Shown one piece after another: positions 1 through 11,690 of a stretch of 62,308 bases of DNA (position 1 is its first letter; each line of letters opens with the position of its first letter). The DNA comes from Collinsella sp. CAG:166 (GTDB lineage: Bacteria; Actinomycetota; Coriobacteriia; Coriobacteriales; Coriobacteriaceae), in NCBI GenBank assembly GCA_000434535.1, contig FR878731.1:1-62308 (forward strand), in the 5' to 3' direction. A model generated the notes under the pieces. It did not search any database, was not told the DNA's origin, and was given only the letters and a program-made list of their open reading frames with translations. The position numbers and the translations under genes were made by a program.

Positions 1-76
1 CAAATGGCGGGATTGCGTTGGCATGATTGGTTGTTGAGCGTTGGTCAAAATGGTTGTTTTTACAGTAGCGCTAACA
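1..76 (-). mobile_element. Terminal inverted repeat of an IS21-like insertion sequence (element continues beyond window start)
   Basis: Minus strand from 76 reads TGTTAGCGCTACTGTAAAAACAACCATTTTGACCAACG-CTCAACAACCAATCATGCCAACG: a TGT end plus ~23-bp subterminal repeats typical of IS21 ends. It interrupts rhuM and supplies its stop codon. Confidence 0.6.
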
Positions 77-640
77 CTTGTTCTGGACCGCGGCGTAGAA
101 GTTCTTGGCCATGGTCGAGTCCTTGTCGTAGTCGAAGCTGCACTCCTGGAATATGTCGGTGATCTTGAGCCACACGCGCCGCTCGCTCGCGCGGATGTCG
201 CGGATGCGGGCGAGCAGCTCGTCGAAGTAGTCCTTGCCGAAGGGCCGGCCGTTCTTGAGCATGTCGTCGTTGAGGACGAAACCCTTGGTGATGTACTCCT
301 TGAGGGTCGCCGTGGCCCACTGGCGGAAACGGGTCGCGCGCAGCGAGTTCACGCGGTATCCGACGGCAATGATGGCATCGAGCGCGTAGAAGTCGACCAT
401 ATATGTCTTGCCATCTGAGGCAGTTGTTGCAATTTTTGCAACAACTGCCTCTCGGGCAAGCTCACCCTCTTCGAAGATGTTCTTCATGTGGCGCGAGATG
501 GTCGACTTGTCCTTGTCGAACAGCTCGGCGATTTCCTTCTGGGGCATCCAAAGCGTTTCGTTCATGTAGCGTACCTGCACCGGCACGTTTGTCCCCTCGG
601 ACTGGTACAGGACGATCTCGGCCTGGATAGGGTCTTCCAT
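71..640 (-). pseudogene. rhuM: RhuM-family protein, 3'-truncated by IS insertion
   Basis: Motifs LWMPQKEIAELF, YALDAIIAVGYRVNS, ATRFRQWAT, DYFDELLARIRDIRASE. Ends abruptly at VQNK-C-stop where the IS end begins. Confidence 0.8.
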
Positions 641-663
641 ATATCTACCTTTCCGTTGAATGC

Positions 664-1047
664 CTACGCGGACCTTACTTGATCCGCTTCCAGCCCTTCG
701 CCTTCAGGCGCTGCAGCCTGAGCTTGGGACAGCTCGGCCTGGTCGCGTGCCGTCTCCAAGATCTTCGAGCGCCTCTTCTCGGTGCTCTGCCGGTAGCAGG
801 TGATCAGCTCGCCCTCCGCGCCTGCCGGCGCCGTCGGCTTGCCCTCAGGATGCTCCTCGTACCATCCGAGCAGGTCGTTGGGGTCGGTGTTGAATACTTC
901 GCAGAGCGCACCTACGAGCTCTGCGTTCGGATAGCTCTCCTCGCGCTCCCAAGACTGAATAGTTCGGAATGACTTGCCGACTTTTTGTGCTAGCTCCTTT
1001 TGGTTTAGCCCCTGGGCTTCTCGGCGCTCTCTTAGACGAAGGTTCAT
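664..1047 (-). CDS. XRE-family HTH repressor (phage CI/ImmR-like)
   Basis: LRERREAQGLNQKELAQKVGKSFRTIQSWER HTH; GAAAGGAG RBS upstream of ATG at 1047. Confidence 0.85.
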   Translation of the reverse strand: MNLRLRERREAQGLNQKELAQKVGKSFRTIQSWEREESYPNAELVGALCEVFNTDPNDLLGWYEEHPEGKPTAPAGAEGELITCYRQSTEKRRSKILETARDQAELSQAQAAAPEGEGLEADQVRSA

Positions 1048-1079
1048 CCTCACTCCTTTCTTTACGTTAAGTAAATAGT

Positions 1080-1177
1080 AAACAAAAAAATGTCTTTACA
1101 CAAAAAAATGTTGCTCATTTGATTAAAAGGGGGCATAAAACTATTCATATTGAAATTCGACAGACAGAAAAACGTCT
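1080..1177. promoter_or_regulatory. Three putative operators between divergent XRE genes
   Basis: ACAAAAAAATGT at 1082 and 1100, AGACAGAAAAACGTCT at 1162 (ACA-N6-YGT) in an AT-rich divergent spacer. Confidence 0.55.
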
Positions 1178-1191
1178 CAAAGGAGGAACGA

Positions 1192-1415
1192 ATGGACTTC
1201 AGTAAGGAGCTGGCGGGAATATCCGCGCCGCACGCGCCCGAGCTGACCTTTCTCAGGCTGAGGTCGCTTCCAAAGTAGGAATGAACGTCAGCACTTTCGC
1301 GAAGTACGAGAGTGGCGATTACATACCTGGAGCCGACAAGCTCTTGGCTATCTCGCAGGTTCTTGCTTGTCCGCCCAACGACCTGATGGGCTGGAACACG
1401 GACGAGGCCGCATAG
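1192..1415 (+). pseudogene. Cro-like XRE regulator with 1-bp frameshift
   Basis: AGGAGG RBS then MDFSKELAG; a frameshift near 1218 leads into NIRAARARADLSQAEVASKVGMNVSTFAKYESG...PNDLMGW. Span is 224 nt (3n-1). Confidence 0.75.
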
Positions 1416-1694
1416 GGATGAAGGAAGAGGAATGACTGGAAGGAGCTACAAGCTGCCCGACGACATCACGGCCCTGGGCGGCATGGTGATCTTTGTGTTA
1501 ATAAACACGGATATTTGGGGTGCACGTCCACGTGGCTTTCGTATCCCCAAATTATCCCAAGTGCATGTGCTAACCCGTTTTTACGCGCTTGTGCCGTTGT
1601 TGCCGTACTTAAACCCGCAGGTAAGCAGTGTGTTCGATTTTGTCGTTCTTACTGGTCAGTACTGCCACAATTAGACCCCAAAACAGTCCCCAGA

Positions 1695-1791
1695 TGTTAC
1701 AGATCGAGACAGAAGAATCTCTCCCCGGCTTCAATCTCAATCTGTAACAACTGGAAGCCAAATCCTCAGCTTACTGTTACAGATCGAGACA
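1695..1791. repeat. TGTTACAGATCGAGACA repeat: two direct copies and one inverted copy
   Basis: Direct at 1695-1711 and 1775-1791; inverted TCTCAATCTGTAACA at 1735-1749. Confidence 0.75.
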
Positions 1792-1959
1792 AAACTTCAA
1801 CGTGGTAGCCGGCAGACGAGGTTGTCGACGTTGCTGGGTCTCCCCTCGCCTGCCGTTGGCGGGAGTTGCGGGGCTGTTCGCCGCATTGCCGTCGCACTGG
1901 GGGTGTGCAGACCCTAGGATAGTCTTATTGACGGCCCGTCAACTCGTCTGGGAGGCACT

Positions 1960-3414
1960 GTGACGGAAACGTTTGATATCGTGATTGTCGGCGCGGGCAT
2001 CACCGGATGCGCCATCGCGAGGCAGCTCGCGCGCTATGACCTGTCCATTTGCGTGGTCGAGGCGGCTAACGATATTGCGCTGGGCGCGTCGAAGGCCAAC
2101 GGCGGTCTGGTGCACGCCGGCTACGATCCGGCACCGGGAACGGTAAAGGCGCAGGTCAACGCCCGTGGTTGCGAGCTATATGGCACGTGGGCCCAGGAGC
2201 TAGGCTTTTTGTTTTGCCGTACCGGGTCGATGGTGCTGGGGTTTAACGACGAAGACGGCGCACAACTGGAGCAGCTGCGGTGCAACGGCCTTGCCAACGG
2301 TGTGCCCGAGCTGTCGATCGTCGGACCCGACCGCATCCACGAATTGGAGCCGCGCGCCAGTGCCGATGCAACGTGTGCGTTGTGGTGCCCCTCGACTGGA
2401 TTTGTCGACCCGTTTGAGGTTGCCATCGCCGCGCTGGAAAACGCCGTCGCCAACGGGGTGACCTTTATGCGGTCCGCGCCGGTGGAGGCGATTGAAGTCG
2501 CGGGCTCGGGCGACGACGGGCGCTTTACACTGGCGACCCCCGCTGGCAACGTGCGCTGCCGCTACCTGATCAACGCCGCGGGCAACGGCGCCGCCGACAT
2601 CTCGCATATGGCCGGTGCCGAAGAGCTTCAGATGGTCTGGCGCCAGGGCAACATCGTGGTGCTGGACAAGGAGCCGCGCACGCTCATGCCGCTCTACCCC
2701 GTGCCGACGCCGGTGTCGAAGGGCGTTATCGTCACGGGCACCGTGCACGGCAACACCGTGATCACCGCCACGGCTGCCGTGCGCGAGCCGGGCGACACGC
2801 AGACCTATGCGAGCGATGTAAACGCGCTGCTGACCGGTGCACGCAAGCTGGTGCCCGATCTGGATACGCACCGCGTGGTGCGCGCATTTGCCGGCGGGCG
2901 TCCGGTCATTCAAGGAACGAACGACTTCTTTATTGGACAGTCGGCCGTGGTGTCGGGGCTTTTCCAGGCGGCGGGCATTCAGTCGCCAGGTGTGGCAAGC
3001 GCGCCGGCCATTGCCGAGCGCATGGAGCTTGTGATGCGTGAGGCGGGCGTGGAGCTGCACGAGCGGGCGGACTGGAACCCAATTCGCCACGCACCGGACG
3101 ACTTTGACCGCGCACCGCTGGCGCGCAAGGAGGAACTGATCGAGTCCGACCCCGCGTGGGGACAGATTGTCTGCCGCTGCGAGACGGTGCCCGAGGCCGA
3201 GATTATGGCCGCGATCCGACGCCAGCCGGGCGCGGTTTCGGTCGAGGGCGTCAAACGCCGCTGCCGCGCCGGCATGGGTCGGTGCCAAAGCGGCTTTTGC
3301 CAGAGCCGCGTGGTGGCGATTCTTGCCCGCGAGCTGGGCTGCGACCCCAGCGAGGTGCTGTTGGAGGATGCCGGTTCTTGGCTGGTTGAGGGACCGCTGA
3401 AGGGGGTGCGCTAG
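1960..3414 (+). CDS. FAD-dependent oxidoreductase (GlpA/LhgO-like) with C-terminal BFD-like [2Fe-2S] domain
   Basis: IVGAGITG, ASKANGGLVHAG, IVCRCETV...GRCQSGFC. Confidence 0.85.
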   Translation: MTETFDIVIVGAGITGCAIARQLARYDLSICVVEAANDIALGASKANGGLVHAGYDPAPGTVKAQVNARGCELYGTWAQELGFLFCRTGSMVLGFNDEDGAQLEQLRCNGLANGVPELSIVGPDRIHELEPRASADATCALWCPSTGFVDPFEVAIAALENAVANGVTFMRSAPVEAIEVAGSGDDGRFTLATPAGNVRCRYLINAAGNGAADISHMAGAEELQMVWRQGNIVVLDKEPRTLMPLYPVPTPVSKGVIVTGTVHGNTVITATAAVREPGDTQTYASDVNALLTGARKLVPDLDTHRVVRAFAGGRPVIQGTNDFFIGQSAVVSGLFQAAGIQSPGVASAPAIAERMELVMREAGVELHERADWNPIRHAPDDFDRAPLARKEELIESDPAWGQIVCRCETVPEAEIMAAIRRQPGAVSVEGVKRRCRAGMGRCQSGFCQSRVVAILARELGCDPSEVLLEDAGSWLVEGPLKGVR

Positions 3415-3415
3415 G

Positions 3416-4762
3416 ATGGCAGAACTCAAATCGAGCGCTACAGACAGCGGTGCCGTTGAGTCAGTACCGACGCAAGCCTTCGACGTAGTCGTTATCGGCG
3501 GCGGACCTGCCGGCATGGCGGCCGCGCTGGCCGCGCATAAGGCAGGGGCACGCGTAGCCATCGTGGAGCGCGAGCAACACTTGGGCGGCATCCTGCGCCA
3601 GTGCATTCACCCCGGCTTTGGACTATCGCACTTTAAGCAGGAGCTCACCGGCCCCGAGTATGCGCAGCGCTTTATCGACCAGGTGCGCGCGACCAACATT
3701 GCGCTGTTCTTGGACAGCATGGTGCTTGAGATTGATTCGGGCGAGTCCACGGAAAACGCCGCGGACCACACCGTCACGCTCATGAGTCCTACCGGCATGT
3801 TGCAGCTCACCGGACGGGCGGTCGTCCTTGCCATGGGCTGCCGTGAGCGCACCCGTAGCGAGATCAAGATTCCCGGCAGCCGTCCCGCCGGTGTGTTTAC
3901 GGCCGGCCTGGCGCAGCGATACATCAATATCGAGAACCTCAAGCCTGGCTCGCGCGCCGTCATTTTAGGCTCGGGTGACATCGGGCTGATTATGGCGCGC
4001 CGCTGCACGCTCGAGGGGATTTCGGTCGAGGGCGTGTACGAGCTCATGCCGTACGCCAATGGCCTGCGTCGCAATGTGAAGAACTGCCTGGACGACTTTG
4101 GCATTCCGCTGCACCTGTCCACAACCGTGACGCGCGTGATCGGACACGATCGCGTGGGGGCCGTCGAAGTAAGCCAGGTCGACGAGCATCTTGCGCCCAT
4201 ACCGGGAACCGAGCGCATCGTTTCGTGCGACACACTGCTGCTCTCGGTGGGCCTGATTCCCGAGAACGAGCTTTCGGTTGCCGCGGGCGTTGAGCTTGAC
4301 CCGCACACGCGCGGCGCCGTGGTGGACCAGAGTCTGCAAACGGGCGTGCCGGGCATCTTTGCCTGCGGAAACGTGCTGCACGTGCACGACCTGGCCGACA
4401 ACGTGACGACCGAGTCCGAGAGGGCTGGCGCAGCTGCAGCAGCGTACGCGCTGGGGACCGGCGCGGGTGCCGTTCCGGACTGCGAGCTCACCGTCTCCCC
4501 TGCCGGCGTTGCGGGATACGCGCTGCCGGGACGCATTACGGCCGTGGCGCTCACCAAGCTCAACTTCCGCGTGCGCCGGCCAGTCGATGCCGCCCGCGTG
4601 AGGATCTTGGCCAACGGCGAAGAGCTGTTCGCCGGCAAGGTCCGTGCATTTAAGCCGAGCGTCATGGAAAGCTTTCCGCTGCCGGCAAAGGTGATTCAGC
4701 GCGCACTCGACCTGGGTGTTAGCGAAATTGTCCTGTCCGTCGATCCCGTCGAGGAGGCATAG
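3416..4762 (+). CDS. NAD(P)/FAD-dependent pyridine nucleotide-disulfide oxidoreductase
   Basis: VIGGGPAG, GGILRQCIHPGFG, LAMGCRER, GSGDIG, FACGNVLHVHD. Confidence 0.85.
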   Translation: MAELKSSATDSGAVESVPTQAFDVVVIGGGPAGMAAALAAHKAGARVAIVEREQHLGGILRQCIHPGFGLSHFKQELTGPEYAQRFIDQVRATNIALFLDSMVLEIDSGESTENAADHTVTLMSPTGMLQLTGRAVVLAMGCRERTRSEIKIPGSRPAGVFTAGLAQRYINIENLKPGSRAVILGSGDIGLIMARRCTLEGISVEGVYELMPYANGLRRNVKNCLDDFGIPLHLSTTVTRVIGHDRVGAVEVSQVDEHLAPIPGTERIVSCDTLLLSVGLIPENELSVAAGVELDPHTRGAVVDQSLQTGVPGIFACGNVLHVHDLADNVTTESERAGAAAAAYALGTGAGAVPDCELTVSPAGVAGYALPGRITAVALTKLNFRVRRPVDAARVRILANGEELFAGKVRAFKPSVMESFPLPAKVIQRALDLGVSEIVLSVDPVEEA

Positions 4763-4765
4763 ACT

Positions 4766-5164
4766 ATGAGCGATAACGTAATCGAAACGATGCGGTTCAA
4801 CTGCACCACCTGCCCATCCGAATGCCTCCTGACCGTAGAGGTGGAGCGCGATGCCGACGGTGCCGTGGCAGCGGTGCGCTCCGTAACCGGCAACAACTGC
4901 CCGCGCGGCAATAAGTTCGCACATCAAGAGCTCACCTGCCCCATGCGCGTACTCACCACCACCGTGGCCGTATCCGGCGGCGATGAGGCGCTGCTGCCCG
5001 TGCGCACGGCCGAAGCCATCCCGCTAGAACTCCACGCCCAAGCCATGGCCCTCATCCGCGGACTAGTGGTCAAAGCCCCCATCCGCATGGGCGACGTCGT
5101 GCTGGAGAACCTCCTCAACACCAACATCAACCTAATCGCCAGCATGGACATCGACCCAGCCTAA
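4766..5164 (+). CDS. DUF1667-type small Cys/metal-binding partner protein
   Basis: CTTCPSEC...GNNCPRG...P.RVLTTTV; usual third gene of this triad. Confidence 0.75.
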   Translation: MSDNVIETMRFNCTTCPSECLLTVEVERDADGAVAAVRSVTGNNCPRGNKFAHQELTCPMRVLTTTVAVSGGDEALLPVRTAEAIPLELHAQAMALIRGLVVKAPIRMGDVVLENLLNTNINLIASMDIDPA

Positions 5165-5224
5165 GCAGCTAATTTAGGACGGGGCTCTTTTAGCTACCCC
5201 GCCATCCACCCCGCCCCTCCTCAA

Positions 5225-5287
5225 TTGCGGTGGAATAGTTCCTGATTTCCGCCAAAACCCCGGCATCCAGGAACTATTCCACCGCAA
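5225..5287. repeat. Palindromic repeat family A, copy 1
   Basis: TTGCGGTGGAATAGTTCCTG...CAGGAACTATTCCACCGCAA 20-bp arms. Confidence 0.9.
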
Positions 5288-5332
5288 CTTTCTTTGAGAA
5301 TCGTGCATTTTGCTGCTGCTCGGTTAGTGCTA

Positions 5333-5492
5333 TTTCAAAACTACCCCGGTTTACGGGGCTAAATCGATAACCACCAACCACACCGACCATTTTCGATTTT
5401 CGCCAAGCCGTCTACCTGCGGTTTTATTTTTGCCATTTTGGTCATGGTCAGCCAAGAGCAATCCAGCCCCGTAATCCGGCATAGTTTTGAAA
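5333..5492. repeat. Palindromic element family C, copy 1
   Basis: Imperfect terminal IRs 5333-5360/5465-5492; core CAAGCCGTCTACCTGCGGTTTTA at 5404-5426 is shared with 6852-6874. Confidence 0.75.
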
Positions 5493-5501
5493 GCAGACCA
5501 G

Positions 5502-5627
5502 GGGTAGTTAATTTGGGACGGGGCTATTTTAGCTACCCTTGACTGTCGACGAATTATTCGAGGCCAGAATAAGTATCAGCTGGCATATTGGGGCAGCTAA
5601 AATAGCCCCGTCCCAAATTAACTACCC
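5502..5627. repeat. Perfect 33-bp inverted repeat (family B, GGGACGGGGC core)
   Basis: GGGTAGTTAATTTGGGACGGGGCTATTTTAGCT at 5502-5534 and its reverse complement at 5595-5627; degenerate units at ~5167-5199 and ~6967-6997. Confidence 0.85.
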
Positions 5628-5644
5628 TAGCGAAAGGATGTTTC

Positions 5645-6733
5645 ATGTCACATGTCGATGACCAGCGTGTGGCGCGCGTGCTCGATGCGCTCGAGGCTCA
5701 GCACCCCGGCGCGCAGCTGCTCGTGAATGACCCGTGGTCGATCTATTACCTGACCGGCTTTTATGCCGATATGTTCGAGCGTTTTTGCGGCGTGCTGCTC
5801 GCACGCGATAGCGAACCTGTGATCTTGGTCAACGCGCTGCATCAGCTGCCCGAGTACGACAATGCCCGCGTGGCCTATCACACCGATACTGACGTCGTGG
5901 CCGACGCCATCGTTCGCGAGGTCGATCCGAACAAACCGCTCGGCATCGACACCGTCATGCGTTCCGGCTTTTTGATGCCACTCATGGAGCGCCACGCAGC
6001 CAGCGAGTTTTTCCTGGGCGACTTTGCCGTCACCGCCGCGCGCACCCACAAGGATGACGCCGAACAGGAGCTCATGCGCGCGTCCTCGGCCGCTAACGAC
6101 GCCGTGATGGCCGACGCCATCAAGCTCGTCCACGAAGGCGTGACGGAGCGCGAGATTGCCGACCAGATGCTCGGCCTGTATCGCAAGCACGGCTGCGAGG
6201 GCTTTAGCTTTCCGCCCATCGTGAGCTTTGGCGCCAACGCCGGCGACCCGCATCATGAACCCGACGACACCGTGCTCAAGCGTGGCGACGTGGTGCTGTT
6301 CGACATTGGCGGACGTCATCGCAACTACTGCTCGGATATGACACGCACATTCTTTTGGGGCGAACCGGATAAGGAGACGGCACGCATCTACGACATCGTG
6401 CGTCGCGCCAACGAGGCTGCCGAGGCGCTCATCGCGCCGGGCGTGCGCATGTGCGATCTGGACCGCGCCGCGCGCGACGTGATTGAGGATGCGGGCTATG
6501 GGCAGTACTTTACGCATCGTCTGGGTCACTCGATCGGCCTGCAGGACCACGAGCCGGGCGACGTCTCGCTCGTCAACGAGCAGGTTGTCGAGCCGGGCAT
6601 GACGTTCTCCATCGAACCGGGCATCTACCTCCCCGGCCGCACCGGCGTCCGCATCGAGGACCTAGCCCTGGTGACAGAGAACGGCGTCGAGATTCTCAAC
6701 GCCTACCCCCACGATCCAGTCCGCCTAGACTAG
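5645..6733 (+). CDS. Xaa-Pro peptidase (M24B)
   Basis: PHH, FDIG, SDMTRT, HRLGHSIG..HE, SIEPGIY, GVRIED metal-binding motifs. Confidence 0.9.
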   Translation: MSHVDDQRVARVLDALEAQHPGAQLLVNDPWSIYYLTGFYADMFERFCGVLLARDSEPVILVNALHQLPEYDNARVAYHTDTDVVADAIVREVDPNKPLGIDTVMRSGFLMPLMERHAASEFFLGDFAVTAARTHKDDAEQELMRASSAANDAVMADAIKLVHEGVTEREIADQMLGLYRKHGCEGFSFPPIVSFGANAGDPHHEPDDTVLKRGDVVLFDIGGRHRNYCSDMTRTFFWGEPDKETARIYDIVRRANEAAEALIAPGVRMCDLDRAARDVIEDAGYGQYFTHRLGHSIGLQDHEPGDVSLVNEQVVEPGMTFSIEPGIYLPGRTGVRIEDLALVTENGVEILNAYPHDPVRLD

Positions 6734-6735
6734 CC

Positions 6736-6767
6736 AATGTGTCAAAGGGACAGCCCTTTGACACATT
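6736..6767. terminator. 14-bp stem hairpin downstream of peptidase (terminator/REP-like)
   Basis: AATGTGTCAAAGGG-ACAG-CCCTTTGACACATT. Confidence 0.6.
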
Positions 6768-6774
6768 CCGCTAA

Positions 6775-6945
6775 CGCTTCGCCACGAAAACGAGCTATCT
6801 ACTACGTTTAACCCGCATGGGTCGACCATAACCGGGTTTTCGCAAAACCCGCAAGCCGTCTACCTGCGGTTTTAATTTCGCAATGTTCCGTGTAGTCGAG
6901 GGCAACTGGTCAAACGTAGTAGATAGGCCCATTTCGTGGCAAGCG
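6775..6945. repeat. Palindromic element family C, copy 2
   Basis: IRs GCCACGAAA..CTATCTACTACGTTT / AAACGTAGTAGATAG..TTTCGTGGC with the same 23-bp core. Confidence 0.75.
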
Positions 6946-7002
6946 AGTCAACTCGGGGCACAAGACAGCTAAAAAAGCCACGTCCCAAATTGACTGCTTT
7001 TG

Positions 7003-7069
7003 AGTTGCGGTGATATACGGACTGTTTGAGGCTTCTGGCTTGTAAAACAGTCCGTATTTCACCGCAACT
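7003..7069. repeat. Palindromic repeat family A, copy 2 (variant inner arm)
   Basis: AGTTGCGGTGATATACGGACTGTTT...AAACAGTCCGTATTTCACCGCAACT. Confidence 0.85.
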
Positions 7070-7083
7070 GATGAGGGGATGGG

Positions 7084-8427
7084 TTAGCGCAGCAGGCCGG
7101 CTACTTCGCCGGCTAGGGTGATGGTGCCGGCTGCCACGAAGGACTCGCCCGCGGCATCGAAGGCAGCGAGGGCCTCGGACACGCTCGGGTATACGCCCGC
7201 CAGCTTATCGGCATCAACGAGGGCGGCGAGCTCCTCTGCCGGCAGGGCGCGGTCGGAATCGGTCTGCGTCACGACCACACGGGGGAAGGCCGGGACAAGC
7301 ACGTCGACGATGCCCGCCACGTCCTTGTCAGCCAACGCCGCGCACAGCAGCGTTGGGCGATTCTCTACGCACGGATCGATCTCGTCCAGTGCGCTCACAA
7401 AGTTCTCGCAGCTCTGAGGATTATGGCAGGCGTCGAGCAGCTTGAGCGGATCGGTTCCCAGCACATCAAAGCGACCCGGCGTGGGGCAGCCCATAAGCGA
7501 AGCGTCGAGCGCATCGTGGTCGAGTTCGCGGCCCAGATAGCCCTCGCACAGCACAATCGCGCATGCGGCATTCTGCGGCTGATACGCCGGCTTAACCATG
7601 CTCGACGTATAGATCGCGCGCGGCGTGGTACAGCTAAACTCCACCGTATCACCCACGTGTGCCGGAAGTTTGGTCGTCGCATGGCTCACCACGAGCGGCA
7701 CAACGCCGCACTCGCGACAACGTGCATCCATCACGCGTTGAACACTCGCCTCATGCGTGCCCTCGCCCAAAACAACCAAACGCCCAGGCTTAATTACCGC
7801 AGCCTTCTCCCCCGCAATGGCCTCGAGCGTATCGCCAAGGACCTTCGTATGGTCGAGTCCAATGCCCGTAATGGCGACGGCCACGGGATCGGTCGCACTC
7901 GTAGCATCCCATCGTCCGCCCATGCCAACCTCAAGCACGGCCACGTCCACGCAAGCCTCGGCAAACATGGTCAAACCGGCCACGGACAAAAGATCGAAGG
8001 GCGTAATAGCGCGAAGTTCCTCGCCCGCCGCCTCACGACGTGCGTTGAGACGACGGCCCGCCTCATACGCCGCAGAGACACCATGGGCAAAGACCTCGTC
8101 TGAGACGACCTTTCCATCAATCTCCATACGCTCGGGATAACGCACCAGATGAGGAGAAGTAAAGAGCGCCGTCTTAAGGCCCTCGCCACTAAGAATGGCA
8201 GCCGAGAATCGCGTCGTCGAGGTCTTTCCATTGGTACCGGCTATCTGGACGCAATCATAGAACTCGTCAGGACGACCAAGCTCATCGAGCATCTCGACAA
8301 CGGTCTCGAGCAGCGGCGTGGAATAACGCGCAATCTTGCCCGTATCAGCCGCAAGCGCAACAACCTTATCAAAAGAAAGCTCCGGAACCTCAAACGGCAC
8401 CGAATACAACCCCGAACGCTTCGCCAT
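7084..8427 (-). CDS. folC: Folylpolyglutamate synthase/dihydrofolate synthase
   Basis: IAGTNGKTST, FTSPHL, EVGMGGRWDAT, IGLDH, DACHNP; directly downstream of valS. Confidence 0.9.
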   Translation of the reverse strand: MAKRSGLYSVPFEVPELSFDKVVALAADTGKIARYSTPLLETVVEMLDELGRPDEFYDCVQIAGTNGKTSTTRFSAAILSGEGLKTALFTSPHLVRYPERMEIDGKVVSDEVFAHGVSAAYEAGRRLNARREAAGEELRAITPFDLLSVAGLTMFAEACVDVAVLEVGMGGRWDATSATDPVAVAITGIGLDHTKVLGDTLEAIAGEKAAVIKPGRLVVLGEGTHEASVQRVMDARCRECGVVPLVVSHATTKLPAHVGDTVEFSCTTPRAIYTSSMVKPAYQPQNAACAIVLCEGYLGRELDHDALDASLMGCPTPGRFDVLGTDPLKLLDACHNPQSCENFVSALDEIDPCVENRPTLLCAALADKDVAGIVDVLVPAFPRVVVTQTDSDRALPAEELAALVDADKLAGVYPSVSEALAAFDAAGESFVAAGTITLAGEVAGLLR

Positions 8428-8586
8428 AACCAAAGTCCCCTCAACATAAAAAGAGGCCCGTAATAAACAACGAGCCCCTCCCATTCAAAATATCAGCCAA
8501 ACACCGCTTTGCAGCGAGATCAAGGCCACAACCCTGTGGCCCTAACGCGCCAGATGCAAACAACCACGTAAACGAACTAGGAGCGG

Positions 8587-8687
8587 CCCGACGCTTTGCT
8601 CGATACAAGTTCCGCACGCAAAGGACAGCACTTAATGTGCTGTCCGTCTTGCGCAGGACTGTCCGCAGTAGCGAGCAAAGCGTCGGG
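8587..8687. repeat. Cruciform element family E, copy 1
   Basis: 16-bp outer IR CCCGACGCTTTGCTCG; inner hairpin GGACAGCAC-TTAAT-GTGCTGTCC. Confidence 0.8.
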
Positions 8688-8706
8688 ACGCGCCCCTCAG
8701 TAAAAT

Positions 8707-11403
<2,697 letters not shown>

Positions 11404-11423
11404 ATATCTCTCCCTGTCCCGCC

Positions 11424-11539
11424 GGGGAGGAATGTAGGCCCGATTTTCGCTCGGTCAGGTCCTGGGCTCGCTCGAAGACCACATTACGTGGTCTTCGGCT
11501 CGTGCGGAATCTACGAAAATCGGGCCTACATTCCTCCCC
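11424..11539. repeat. Cruciform element family E, copy 2 (valS upstream region)
   Basis: 26-bp perfect outer IR GGGGAGGAATGTAGGCCCGATTTTCG; inner GAAGACCAC-ATTAC-GTGGTCTTC. Confidence 0.8.
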
Positions 11540-11633
11540 TTAGGTATCGATTACTTCAGTCTGATATGACTTCGCCGAGGCTTAAACAAACACACAGAAT
11601 AGCACAGGTAGTTGGGGTTATTGCGCATCTATA

Positions 11634-11669
11634 AAATAGCCTCCGGCCGCGAGCGGTCGGAGGCTATTT
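11634..11669 (-). terminator. Intrinsic terminator after clpX
   Basis: AAATAGCCTCCGGCCGC-GA-GCGGTCGGAGGCTATTT hairpin with A/T tails. Confidence 0.7.
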
Positions 11670-11690
11670 GCAAACTCGTTTTAGGCTGGT

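Noticed and set aside
5167..7083. Repeat clusters as a CRISPR array
   Set aside because: No regularly spaced identical direct repeats with unique spacers; units are inverted or dispersed; no cas genes.
11404..11630. T-box riboswitch upstream of valS
   Set aside because: No T-box antiterminator consensus or specifier stem recognisable; the region is occupied by the cruciform repeat.
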